From Cyanobacteria bacterium J06626_4 (lineage in GTDB: Bacteria > Cyanobacteriota > Cyanobacteriia > Phormidesmidales > Phormidesmidaceae): DNA of 53,349 bases. Location of the stretch: the NCBI GenBank assembly GCA_038523235.1, contig JBCBJQ010000029.1, forward strand, positions 1 through 53,349, in the 5' to 3' direction. This document shows, piece after piece, positions 45,105 to 53,349 of the stretch; within the stretch, counting starts at the first letter, position 1, and every line of letters begins with the position of its first letter. The position numbers were made by a program, and so were the translations under genes. The notes under the pieces are model-generated. The model worked only from the letters and a program-made list of their open reading frames with translations. It ran no database searches and was not told the DNA's origin.

Positions 45105-46184
45105 TCAGGTGAGTTCTAAGACACAGTCATCGCCAATCATAAATCGCGAGGCTTTAGGCCGCTTTGGGCTATGAGTCAGCCGGGCCCGACGACCAATCAG
45201 GCTGTCGACAATGCGCTGGTGCAACTCTTCAATCACAGCGCCTTCGAGCACGACGCTGTGATCCATTTCGATGTCAACCATTCTGACGCCGTCGGCAATG
45301 CTGCTGTAAGACCCGATGAAGCAGTTTTCAATATGACAGTTTTGCCCGATCGCCACGGGGCCGCGAATGGTGGAATTGATGACTTGGCTATTCGTGCCAA
45401 TGCGAACGCGACCACTGATTTGAGTAGCCTCATCAATGTATCCAGCGATTTCACTGCCCGGCGTTTCATCTAAAATAATTTGATTGGCGGCTAAGAGGTC
45501 ATCTTTTTTGCCTGTATCCAGCCACCACCCCTGCAGCGGTTGCGCCATGACGGCTTTGTCGGCATTGACTAAGGCTTGAATCGCATCTGTAATCTCGAGT
45601 TCGCCTCGATCAGAAGGTTTTAGACCTTCAATAACCCCATGGATGGCGGTAGAAAAAAGATAGACGCCGACCAAGGCTAGATCTGATGGGGGATGAGGCG
45701 GTTTTTCGAGTAGTTGCATGACTTGCCCCTGAGCGCTGAGCACCGCGACCCCAAATGCCGTTGGGTTGGGCACCTGTTTCAACAGAATCAAGGCATCTAA
45801 CGACTGCTCGACAAATTGGTCAACAAAGCTGGTGAGGCGATCGCGGATCAGATTATCGCCCAAATACATCAGAAACGGCGAGTCTTGCAAGAAGGGTTGG
45901 GCCACCTTCACGGCATGGGCTAACCCGTCAGGGCTGCTTTGCAAAATGTAGGTGATCTGAGCACCAAACTGCTTGCCATCGCCGGTAGCCTGGCGAATGG
46001 CTTCCCCGGTTTCAGGGCTCACGATGATGCCGATGTCGGTAATCCCAGCGGCGACAATCTGCTCAATGCCGTACCAGAGAATCGGCTTATTCACCACCGG
46101 CACGAGCTGCTTGGCCCCCGTATAGGTCAAGGGCCGCAAACGCGTGCCTCGGCCCCCTGACAAAATTAGCGCTTTCATATCCAT
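45105..46184 (-). CDS. rfbA: Glucose-1-phosphate thymidylyltransferase, long form
   Basis: ILSGGRGTRLRPLT..AKQLVPV, LGDN, EKP, RGELEITDAI, WWLDTG. Confidence 0.93.
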   Translation of the reverse strand: MDMKALILSGGRGTRLRPLTYTGAKQLVPVVNKPILWYGIEQIVAAGITDIGIIVSPETGEAIRQATGDGKQFGAQITYILQSSPDGLAHAVKVAQPFLQDSPFLMYLGDNLIRDRLTSFVDQFVEQSLDALILLKQVPNPTAFGVAVLSAQGQVMQLLEKPPHPPSDLALVGVYLFSTAIHGVIEGLKPSDRGELEITDAIQALVNADKAVMAQPLQGWWLDTGKKDDLLAANQIILDETPGSEIAGYIDEATQISGRVRIGTNSQVINSTIRGPVAIGQNCHIENCFIGSYSSIADGVRMVDIEMDHSVVLEGAVIEELHQRIVDSLIGRRARLTHSPKRPKASRFMIGDDCVLELT

Positions 46185-46201
46185 GACGATTTGCTCTGCA
46201 G

Positions 46202-47089
46202 TTAAGGCTGCGACAGGGTCGGCAGATAGTCTCTGAGCATGTGCCTCAGACTCAAGCGCCAGTGGGGGGCGGTTTGCCCAATCAACGCGGCGAGCTTCTC
46301 GCCAGCGAGCACGGAGTAGGCCGGTCGCTGCGCTGGGGTGGGGTAGCGATCGCTGGTGATTGGCTTCACCTCAGTGACCGTCAGCGGTAATGCTAACAGT
46401 GCGGCCTCTTCAAAAATGGCAACTGCGAAATCATACCAGCTTGTGACGCCACTGTTGGTGAAATGATAGGTGCCAAAGGTGGCAGCAGTTAATTGGGGGA
46501 TTAGCAGCATTACAGCCTGAGCAATATCTTCAGACCAGGTCGGACTGCCGACTTGATCGTAGACGACGTTTAGCGTCGGCCTTGCGGCCCCCAAGCGCAG
46601 CATCGTTTTAACGAAATTGCCGGAGCCGGCAGCACCATATACCCAAGCAGTCCGTAAAATTGCATGCTGCTTGCAATGGGCCTGCACTGCCAGCTCTCCA
46701 GCGTGCTTTGATTGCCCATAGATGCCCAATGGCTGGGCCACGTCAGTGGTTTGGTAGGGCCGATTTTTTTGCCCGCTAAAAACATAATCGGTTGAGAGAT
46801 GCACCAGCTTGGCACCGCACTCGCTGGCCGCTTGCGCCAACCGTTGCGGGACTTCGGCGTTGATCTGGTGGGCCAGTGCTGGTTCGCTCTCGGCGCGATC
46901 AACGGCTGTATAAGCCGCGGCATTGACAATCACATCGGGTTGCTGCGCGATGACCTGAGGCCCAATTTGCGCTAGCTGCGTCAGATCAAGATCCGCGCGG
47001 CTCCAGGGCACTAAATCCCCGATCGCAGGCAGGGTTTTCGCTAAGGCTTGCCCCACCTGTCCCTGACTGCCCATCAGCAAGATTTTCAT
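46202..47089 (-). CDS. rfbD: dTDP-4-dehydrorhamnose reductase
   Basis: GSQGQVG, NAAAYTAVDRAE, STDYVF, YGQSK, RTAWVY, DQVGSPT; TGATG coupling to rfbC. Confidence 0.96.
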   Translation of the reverse strand: MKILLMGSQGQVGQALAKTLPAIGDLVPWSRADLDLTQLAQIGPQVIAQQPDVIVNAAAYTAVDRAESEPALAHQINAEVPQRLAQAASECGAKLVHLSTDYVFSGQKNRPYQTTDVAQPLGIYGQSKHAGELAVQAHCKQHAILRTAWVYGAAGSGNFVKTMLRLGAARPTLNVVYDQVGSPTWSEDIAQAVMLLIPQLTAATFGTYHFTNSGVTSWYDFAVAIFEEAALLALPLTVTEVKPITSDRYPTPAQRPAYSVLAGEKLAALIGQTAPHWRLSLRHMLRDYLPTLSQP

Positions 47090-47637
47090 CAGGCAAAGAC
47101 CTCGGCGACTGCGAGGCGATCGCCCTGCTGGTCTTTCGCTGACAACACGGGGGCTAGGCCCGCTAGCGGCCAGGCAATCCCCAACTTTTCGTCATTCCAA
47201 ATAATTGTGCGTTCATGCTGAGGGGCATAGTAGTCGGTCGTTTTGTACAGCACATCCGCACTATCAGACACCACATAAAAGCCATGGGCAAACCCTTCGG
47301 GCACCCAGAGTTGGCGATGATTGCCGTCCGAGAGAGTGACCCCCACCCACTGCCCAAAAGTGGGGGACTGGCGGCGAATATCCACCGCCACGTCAAAGAT
47401 CTCACCCTTGATCACGCGCAAAAGCTTGCCCTGTGGCGACTGGATCTGATAGTGCAGGCCGCGCAAAATGCCCCCCTTTGAGCGGGAATGGTTGTCTTGC
47501 ACAAACTGTCGCTGCAATCCTGTTTTGTCAGCAAACACTTGGTGGTTAAAGCTTTCCATAAAAAAGCCGCGCTCATCCCCATGGATCTGCGGTTCGAGAA
47601 TCAAAACCTCGGGGATGTCAGTAGAAATAACGTTCAT
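47089..47637 (-). CDS. rfbC: dTDP-4-dehydrorhamnose 3,5-epimerase
   Basis: DERGFFME, FVQDNHS, LRGLHYQ, DVAVDIR, GFAHGF; start at ATG 47637. Confidence 0.96.
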   Translation of the reverse strand: MNVISTDIPEVLILEPQIHGDERGFFMESFNHQVFADKTGLQRQFVQDNHSRSKGGILRGLHYQIQSPQGKLLRVIKGEIFDVAVDIRRQSPTFGQWVGVTLSDGNHRQLWVPEGFAHGFYVVSDSADVLYKTTDYYAPQHERTIIWNDEKLGIAWPLAGLAPVLSAKDQQGDRLAVAEVFA

Positions 47638-48002
47638 GCGGGATAAAACAAGGGGGAATCTTAACTTCGGGAGCTGTGTGGCCATCAAGCGATCGCCATC
47701 TAGAAATCGGGCGGTTCAAGAAAGCTGAGCCGTCGGCAGTCACCCTAGACATGCAGCCGTTTGCACCACTCGGTAAGAATCTGACGAACTAGCACGAACG
47801 AACCCGCCAAAATTGGGGCCAACTCATTGAGTCAGGAAGCATTTTGGCTAGCGAGGTTCTGAGGCCAAGACGGTCACTAACGCTGAGAGTGTATCTCGAA
47901 AGCGGATCGCAGCACTATGTCAAATCAATAAATCGATGAGGGGCCGAGCGGCTGACGGGTGCCATGAATCTAGTCAGATCACATCACATTCTCAGGCGAT
48001 GG

Positions 48003-50006
48003 CTATTGTTGTCCTTGCCAGCGTTCGATCTCTTGAAGCGCTTGCTCAAAAGCTGCCGTCCCCTCGGGAACAAGTTCGGCAGCGGCGATTGCACCACCCA
48101 AATCGCCCTGAGCCGCCCGAGCCCGAGAGATAGCGAGAATATCGCCGCTCCACTGGTTGATCTGGTCTTGAGCAGCGGCGTAGCCCGGTTGATCAGGCAT
48201 GATGGTCTGCAGTGAGCGAATCGCATTGTTAAACGAGCTGGCCTGGCCCGGCTGTAGCGAGTTTTGGGCCTGTCGAATCAGATCTTGATTGCCGATTTGA
48301 CTTTCCCAGGTAGTAATGCGTTGCGCTGCCGCCTCGGCGACCTGCGGCTGATCGGTGGGCACCAGCCTAGCGGCGGCGATCGCCCCATTGATATCGCCAC
48401 TGGCGGCACGGCCTTCGGCTAAATCTAAAATCACCTGCCCCCAGCGAGCAATGTCGGCTTGGGCCTGATCGTAAAAGGGATCTTCTGGGGGCACCTGGCG
48501 GGCCTGCTCAATCGCGTCGTTAAACATAGACGCCGATGCCGGCTGAATGATTTGCCGCGCGTTGTTCAAAATATCTTGATTGCGAGCCGCCGCTTCGGCA
48601 ACTTCACTATTGGCCTGCTGGAGTAATGATTGGTAGTTATTGTTTTGCAGCTCTGGTGGTACTTGAGTCAGCCAGGCGCGCGCTTCACCATAGCGATTGG
48701 CGATGATCGCCTCTTCTGCCCGCTGTAGAGCATTTTTGCCCGCTTCCACCGGGTCAATATCCGGGGGAAACAGCGGCTCGCCCGGCTCGCCTTCAGTCGG
48801 AATGGTGTCACCGGAAGCTTCGGTATCACCGCCTGTCTCAGGCTCGGTCGCTTCCTCAGAGCGATCTGCCCGCTCCCCATCATTGAATAAAACTGTTTGA
48901 TAGCGTAAGAAGACACCCGCCAAAAAGGCCAAAGCCGCGGCGACCACAACCCACTTTAAGAGACTCCCAAACAAGGTGGTATCGCCAGCTTCATCCAGTT
49001 CCGCTGGGTCAGGGGTTGTGACGAGCGCCCCACCTCGCGGTGGTTCTGGTGCGGTTTCAACTTTACTGGGATGCTCTACAGAGGCAGGCGGAGTCAGCGA
49101 GGTAAAACCTTGATTTCCCCCCGTCTCTGGCAACGGGGGTAAGGTCGGCGTTATATCCGGCGCCGGTGAGGTGGGAACGATTACTGCCTCGGGGGGCGAG
49201 GCGGCAGCAGCGATACCCGCATTCAAGTTAGCCGTCGCCCCTTCGGTCACCGATAGATTAACAATCCCTTCAGCGGGCACGATCATCATGAACTTTTGAG
49301 CGGGCGAGATGGCGGTGACCGGATTTTGAACGGGGCGGCAGTGGTGTTCACACAATTCTGGGACGCGATCGCCGAGATAAGCCGCGAGCTGAGAGGCCGT
49401 GATGCAGCCGTGATACCGTAAGCCTTCCAGCAAAGCCTTGGTAAACAGACCATGGCGCAGGTACATGGTCTCGTGGGAGAACTGGTCGGGCTGGCAGGAT
49501 AAATAGGTGGTTATGCCGTAGTCTTTGGCGAGGGTGAGGCTTTGAGCACCAATTTGGCGATGACCCACGGCCCCCTGACTCCGGTTCATATCCATTACCA
49601 GCAAGATCTGATCAGTCTTAGCCGTACTCAAAATGTCAAAAATGCTCGACAGGGCGATCGCGGTGTCGGCTAGCTGCGTTGGCTCAGAGTCGAGGGTCAT
49701 CCAATAGTCCTGACCGGCCTCGGTTAAGCCACAGCCGCTAAAAAAGACCCAGAGTAAATCACCAGGCTGCACCTGTTCGCGACAAAGGGTTCGCAACCGG
49801 CCCTCGATTTCCTGGCGCAAGGGGGCATAGGCGTGGGGGTCGATCGCCGCAGAGACATCCGTCAACAGCGTGCACTGGTTGACCGGCACCCCCAACTCAT
49901 CAACAAAGAAGTTGCGTAGAGCAACGGCATCAGGCTGTGCATACATCAAAGGCTGCAGCGCCTTGTATTGATTAATCCCGATGAGGAGAGCCCAATGATT
50001 AGCCAT
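48003..50006 (-). CDS. Caspase-family (peptidase C14) membrane protein, probable pseudo-orthocaspase
   Basis: WALLIGINQY..L.YA..DA, FFSGCG, VMDMNRS, HGLFTKALLEGL; Pro-rich linker, one TM helix, helical repeats; start at ATG 50006. Confidence 0.87.
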   Translation of the reverse strand: MANHWALLIGINQYKALQPLMYAQPDAVALRNFFVDELGVPVNQCTLLTDVSAAIDPHAYAPLRQEIEGRLRTLCREQVQPGDLLWVFFSGCGLTEAGQDYWMTLDSEPTQLADTAIALSSIFDILSTAKTDQILLVMDMNRSQGAVGHRQIGAQSLTLAKDYGITTYLSCQPDQFSHETMYLRHGLFTKALLEGLRYHGCITASQLAAYLGDRVPELCEHHCRPVQNPVTAISPAQKFMMIVPAEGIVNLSVTEGATANLNAGIAAAASPPEAVIVPTSPAPDITPTLPPLPETGGNQGFTSLTPPASVEHPSKVETAPEPPRGGALVTTPDPAELDEAGDTTLFGSLLKWVVVAAALAFLAGVFLRYQTVLFNDGERADRSEEATEPETGGDTEASGDTIPTEGEPGEPLFPPDIDPVEAGKNALQRAEEAIIANRYGEARAWLTQVPPELQNNNYQSLLQQANSEVAEAAARNQDILNNARQIIQPASASMFNDAIEQARQVPPEDPFYDQAQADIARWGQVILDLAEGRAASGDINGAIAAARLVPTDQPQVAEAAAQRITTWESQIGNQDLIRQAQNSLQPGQASSFNNAIRSLQTIMPDQPGYAAAQDQINQWSGDILAISRARAAQGDLGGAIAAAELVPEGTAAFEQALQEIERWQGQQ

Positions 50007-50166
50007 AAGTTGCCTTGCCCCGATACGCATCTTCAGCCGCTCACCCTCGCCTTGGCGGGCAGCCATCATCACTCGGGCTGTGCTGAAGCCAGAGGATGAC
50101 AACAGACGATAACACAAACCCTCTGAAACGATGCTCATTCTAGCGAGCCAATGGCTTTTGAACCGC

Positions 50167-50202
50167 TTTGCCAAATAACTTTAATTTGCCAAATAACCTT
50201 CA
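50167..50202. promoter_or_regulatory. 18-bp-period direct repeat in a divergent intergenic region
   Basis: tttgccaaataac at 50167-50179 and 50185-50197. Confidence 0.45.
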
Positions 50203-50306
50203 ACTCAGCGTGAGCATTGACGACCGATTAGACAACCGCTAAGTTTAAGGCGCTTTCAACTGTGTGGCTGCTGCCTACACACTCGTTACTGCTGGAGAAG
50301 CCTGCC

Positions 50307-50738
50307 ATGATGTCTCTTCTGAAAACCTCCTGTTCAGCTCCGTTTAAGCAAGCTGGACGAGGATTATGGTCGAGTGGGCTCAGTCTCGCGGTGTTTGCCG
50401 CCAGCGGTAGCGCGATCGCTCTAGCCACGGTACTCAGTACACCTCAGGTAGCTCACGCCTACACGGCCCGAGTGACTCTGTTTGTTATTCGCAATCCCAA
50501 TGAAAGCTATGACACCTTTTTGCGTCAGAGTGAGGCAGTAGCCCGCGCGGGCATTCAACGCAGCTTCGATGCTGACGTGCTCACCTCCGAGGTGGTCATT
50601 ACCATCGTGGGCGAAAATCAGGGGATTGCCATTCCAGTCCTAGAAGCGCAAGTTACCCGCAGCGAATGGCAAGAAAGCCCCGATCCACAACACTGGGCCC
50701 GCTATTACGACAGTGCTTCAACACTGCTTGATCTGTAG
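50307..50738 (+). CDS. Conserved exported hypothetical protein
   Basis: Signal peptide ending AHA; ESYDTFLRQSE..AR..QRSFD..PDPQHWARYY. Confidence 0.75.
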   Translation: MMSLLKTSCSAPFKQAGRGLWSSGLSLAVFAASGSAIALATVLSTPQVAHAYTARVTLFVIRNPNESYDTFLRQSEAVARAGIQRSFDADVLTSEVVITIVGENQGIAIPVLEAQVTRSEWQESPDPQHWARYYDSASTLLDL

Positions 50739-50814
50739 CCGCTGCATCCACAACAAAATCCTTGACGAATATGACAAGAGAGTAAATGAATAGTCGATTT
50801 CTCTTCGAATACGG

Positions 50815-50823
50815 TGCTACAAT
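50815..50823 (+). promoter_or_regulatory. Extended -10 promoter for rpl32
   Basis: TGcTACAAT ending 27 nt before the ATG. Confidence 0.5.
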
Positions 50824-50850
50824 TGAAAGGTTGTCAAGTTTTTAGCGACC

Positions 50851-51027
50851 ATGGCGGTTCCCAAGAAGAAAACCTCAAAAGGTAAGCGTGATCAGCGCAA
50901 AGCGCACTGGAAGCGCACTGCAGCGCTGCAAGCTCAAAAAGCCCTTTCTCAAGGCAAGTCTGTACTCACCGGCCGTTCCAAGGGATTTGTCTATCCCACT
51001 GATGAAGAGGAAGACGACGAAGAGTAA
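50851..51027 (+). CDS. rpmF: 50S ribosomal protein bL32 (missed by the ORF track)
   Basis: Manual translation [58 protein letters not shown]. Confidence 0.97.
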   Translation: MAVPKKKTSKGKRDQRKAHWKRTAALQAQKALSQGKSVLTGRSKGFVYPTDEEEDDEE

Positions 51028-51052
51028 AACTTCTATGATTGTAGAAGGATTC

Positions 51053-51112
51053 AAAAAACTCCTTGAAAGCCAGGCTTAGTATTTGCTAAGCCTGGCTTTC
51101 AAGGAGTTTTTT
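51053..51112. terminator. Bidirectional intrinsic terminator
   Basis: Perfect 27-bp arms aaaaaactccttgaaagccaggcttag / ctaagcctggctttcaaggagtttttt with a 6-nt loop, between convergent genes. Confidence 0.88.
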
Positions 51113-51151
51113 GGGCATCAACATGACTTCACTCAGATCGTCCCTCTCCAA

Positions 51152-52027
51152 TTAATCAGACGCGAACTTTCCAGCTGCATAGTCAGCTCTGAAGCAGTCA
51201 AGCCTTTCAGACAGCTGTTCAGTCAAATCCTCTGCCACCTTATCAGTACTCAAGCAGGGTTTAACTGTAGTAGCAATTTTTTTTAGGCTGGCAGCGGCAT
51301 CTCTTCGCCTCAACCAGCCTCTGGCCTCTCGCAGAGGCGATAAAAGGTCTCTTTTATCGCCAACATCATGCAGTCTAGAAATATTGTTTGGCTGATATTC
51401 CAAACCGATAGAGTTACACCAGTCTTGCCACTTAAACGGCAAAATATTAGGTGTCGTCACAATAGGAATCCAAGGAATTCGGAAAGCATCAGCCAGAATT
51501 GAGCCATGCATTGCTTCGGTCAATAAGATTTCAGTCTCATCGATCTTATCTAATACATTCTCTACAGAATCCCTGGGATCAATGTAGCCAAATCCCAATT
51601 CTTCGCATACCATCTTCCAGGATTTTCCCAACAGCTCAAAATGAGGCATGTACGAATAATTGTATTCTTTCCCTTTCCCATACTGATATACCTGACGAGC
51701 CAAAAAAGCTCCATCAACGATGGCTAAAGACGATGAAACTCCAAGGGCTTTTGCCGACAATGGGCCACGCAGGCAGTAAATATGAAAAGAAGAATCTAAC
51801 TTGGGAATAGACTTACCGTATCCAACTCCTGTACCAAAAACGATCCTATGCTCTGAGTTACTCGTTCGCCTGACAATATGATCATTGATCAGAGTGCCAA
51901 TGCCGACAAAGGATTGTGATTCGTTATTGTCTATAATTCCAGGTAGCAGCTTGCTCCACAACCAAGGATTCAAATCATCTCCAAAATTAACAAATCCCTG
52001 AGTTGGCTTGTAATGATAAATTTTCAT
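51152..52027 (-). CDS. Polysaccharide pyruvyltransferase family protein (ExoV-like)
   Basis: NFGDDLNPWLW, GIGT, FGTGVGY, LRGPLS, YMPH, EAMHG.ILADAFRIPW, FKWQDW; start at ATG 52027. Confidence 0.85.
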   Translation of the reverse strand: MKIYHYKPTQGFVNFGDDLNPWLWSKLLPGIIDNNESQSFVGIGTLINDHIVRRTSNSEHRIVFGTGVGYGKSIPKLDSSFHIYCLRGPLSAKALGVSSSLAIVDGAFLARQVYQYGKGKEYNYSYMPHFELLGKSWKMVCEELGFGYIDPRDSVENVLDKIDETEILLTEAMHGSILADAFRIPWIPIVTTPNILPFKWQDWCNSIGLEYQPNNISRLHDVGDKRDLLSPLREARGWLRRRDAAASLKKIATTVKPCLSTDKVAEDLTEQLSERLDCFRADYAAGKFASD

Positions 52028-52190
52028 TTTACTCGGGTAAGATAAAAACTGTGGCGACATCATCTTCGGACTTTGGAGTGAGCGTTCAAAGAAGAAAATC
52101 AAATCCTTGGAACGGCCACTCAACATTGAGCTACAATACATCCCGTGGAATCTTTCTTTAGCAGAATCAAGTAACTTATCTCAAAGGCAC

Positions 52191-53096
52191 TTAATCTCTA
52201 GAACTTGAGACGATGAAATCCTGGAATCGTAGCTTTCGACGAATCTTCAATGTCAGCTTCGAAGTCTTTTTCATAACCTTCATAGGGAAAGGTAGGTTGG
52301 CAACTTGCTTTCTTTGGTTGTCGAATTCAATTACTCTCTTGCAAGTTTCTTCAGAAAGACTATCCTTATCGTTATGAATCAATAATTTATAGAAAAGCTT
52401 GTCTTTGTACACTCCACGGTGTTCAGCGTGGTCGGCGATTTCCGGATATCCAGATATGTAATGATGGATTTTTAAGCCTGACTTTTTTGCCGACAATCCA
52501 ATTGAAACACCTTCTCCATCATAAATCCCATCGCTCTCGAAGTGCCCTCGAAGCTGTTTCCATAATTCGACAAAAGCTGTTTCTTTCCCCGCATCTTTCC
52601 TGACTACAAAAGCTCCCTCATACACAAACATACACTCTTCGATAGGAACGCTCAGATTCTTTGCTGCGGAGTAGGCTAAATCACGCTTTTTTTTCTTTGT
52701 ATGGTATTTTTTAGGATTCCGGCCAGAGAACTTTATGCCTTGCGGGAAATGCTTGTCGAAGCTCCAGCAAGTCACTGGTGTTATGCCCGACTTCCACTCT
52801 CTAGAGTATGCGAAGTCGTTCAATAAACGACAATCTGCATCCAAAAAGGCAACGCAATCGAAGTCTTGGAAGCCTCTTTCTAAGCACAACAGCTTATCGT
52901 GGTAAATTCCAGCCGATTGGCGTATGTGTTTGATAGCAATAGCGTTCTTGAAAGTCCTAAAAGCTTGCGGATAATCTGTAAGCACTATCAAAGGTACCTC
53001 AGGGGACAGGTTCTCTATATCCCTAGCCAAGCTTTCTGCATGCTTTCTGTACTCGTAGCCAATTGCAAGCGTTGCGTAGCAAATATCACGCTTCAT
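52191..53096 (-). CDS. Hypothetical protein, probable GT-A-fold glycosyltransferase-like
   Basis: YATLAIG.EY, IVLTD, HDK, FLDAD DxD motif; polysaccharide locus context. Confidence 0.55.
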   Translation of the reverse strand: MKRDICYATLAIGYEYRKHAESLARDIENLSPEVPLIVLTDYPQAFRTFKNAIAIKHIRQSAGIYHDKLLCLERGFQDFDCVAFLDADCRLLNDFAYSREWKSGITPVTCWSFDKHFPQGIKFSGRNPKKYHTKKKKRDLAYSAAKNLSVPIEECMFVYEGAFVVRKDAGKETAFVELWKQLRGHFESDGIYDGEGVSIGLSAKKSGLKIHHYISGYPEIADHAEHRGVYKDKLFYKLLIHNDKDSLSEETCKRVIEFDNQRKQVANLPFPMKVMKKTSKLTLKIRRKLRFQDFIVSSSRD

Positions 53097-53349
53097 ACAA
53101 ATGCCAATTCCCTAATCGACTACACAATCATTTCAAGCTTGATGCGATCGCCTGTAGTTTTCCTTCAAGGAAATATCTGAAAACTTTAATAGGTAGACTA
53201 TTAATTATGTGATTTCACATTTTTTTGATTCTAATCAATATTTTTTAGCGACAAAGTGGAGAGCACATATTTAAACTCTGTATGTCTATTAAAGTTTTCA
53301 GATATTTCCTTGAAGGAAAACTACAGGCGATCGCATCAAGCTTGAAATG

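Noticed and set aside
50888..51079. 63-aa ORF from the track
   Set aside because: Shadow frame of rpl32

Overview
This is a cyanobacterial chromosome segment. The evidence is dense HIP1 octamers (GCGATCGC), an ndhA-I-G-E-nadK operon and a cyanobacterial-type rpl32; the tftA-like gene suggests a filamentous strain (inference). Most of the window is core genome: ligA, queF, a long-form RluA, ald, spoIID/tftA-like cell-wall enzymes, LCP, manC, trpB-rnd, carA and rfbCDAB. Three stretches look accessory and HIP1-poor. (1) At the left edge are a decayed REP-associated tyrosine transposase between two inverted GTAG-type REP palindromes and an internalin-like LRR gene. (2) Between rfbA and rfbB sits a five-gene cassette: a multi-pass membrane protein, a GtrA-GT2 fusion, a methyltransferase and two CDP-paratose-2-epimerase-like SDRs, one with Phe in place of the catalytic Tyr. 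(3) At the right edge, beyond a 27-bp perfect hairpin, is the end of an AT-rich polysaccharide locus. The best leads for something undescribed are the Gtr-like cassette with its paired SDRs, a possible cryptic deaminase-like Zn domain in the RluA next to queF, and a membrane pseudo-orthocaspase. I found no rRNA, tRNA or CRISPR array. All calls come from motif recognition by eye; no searches were run.
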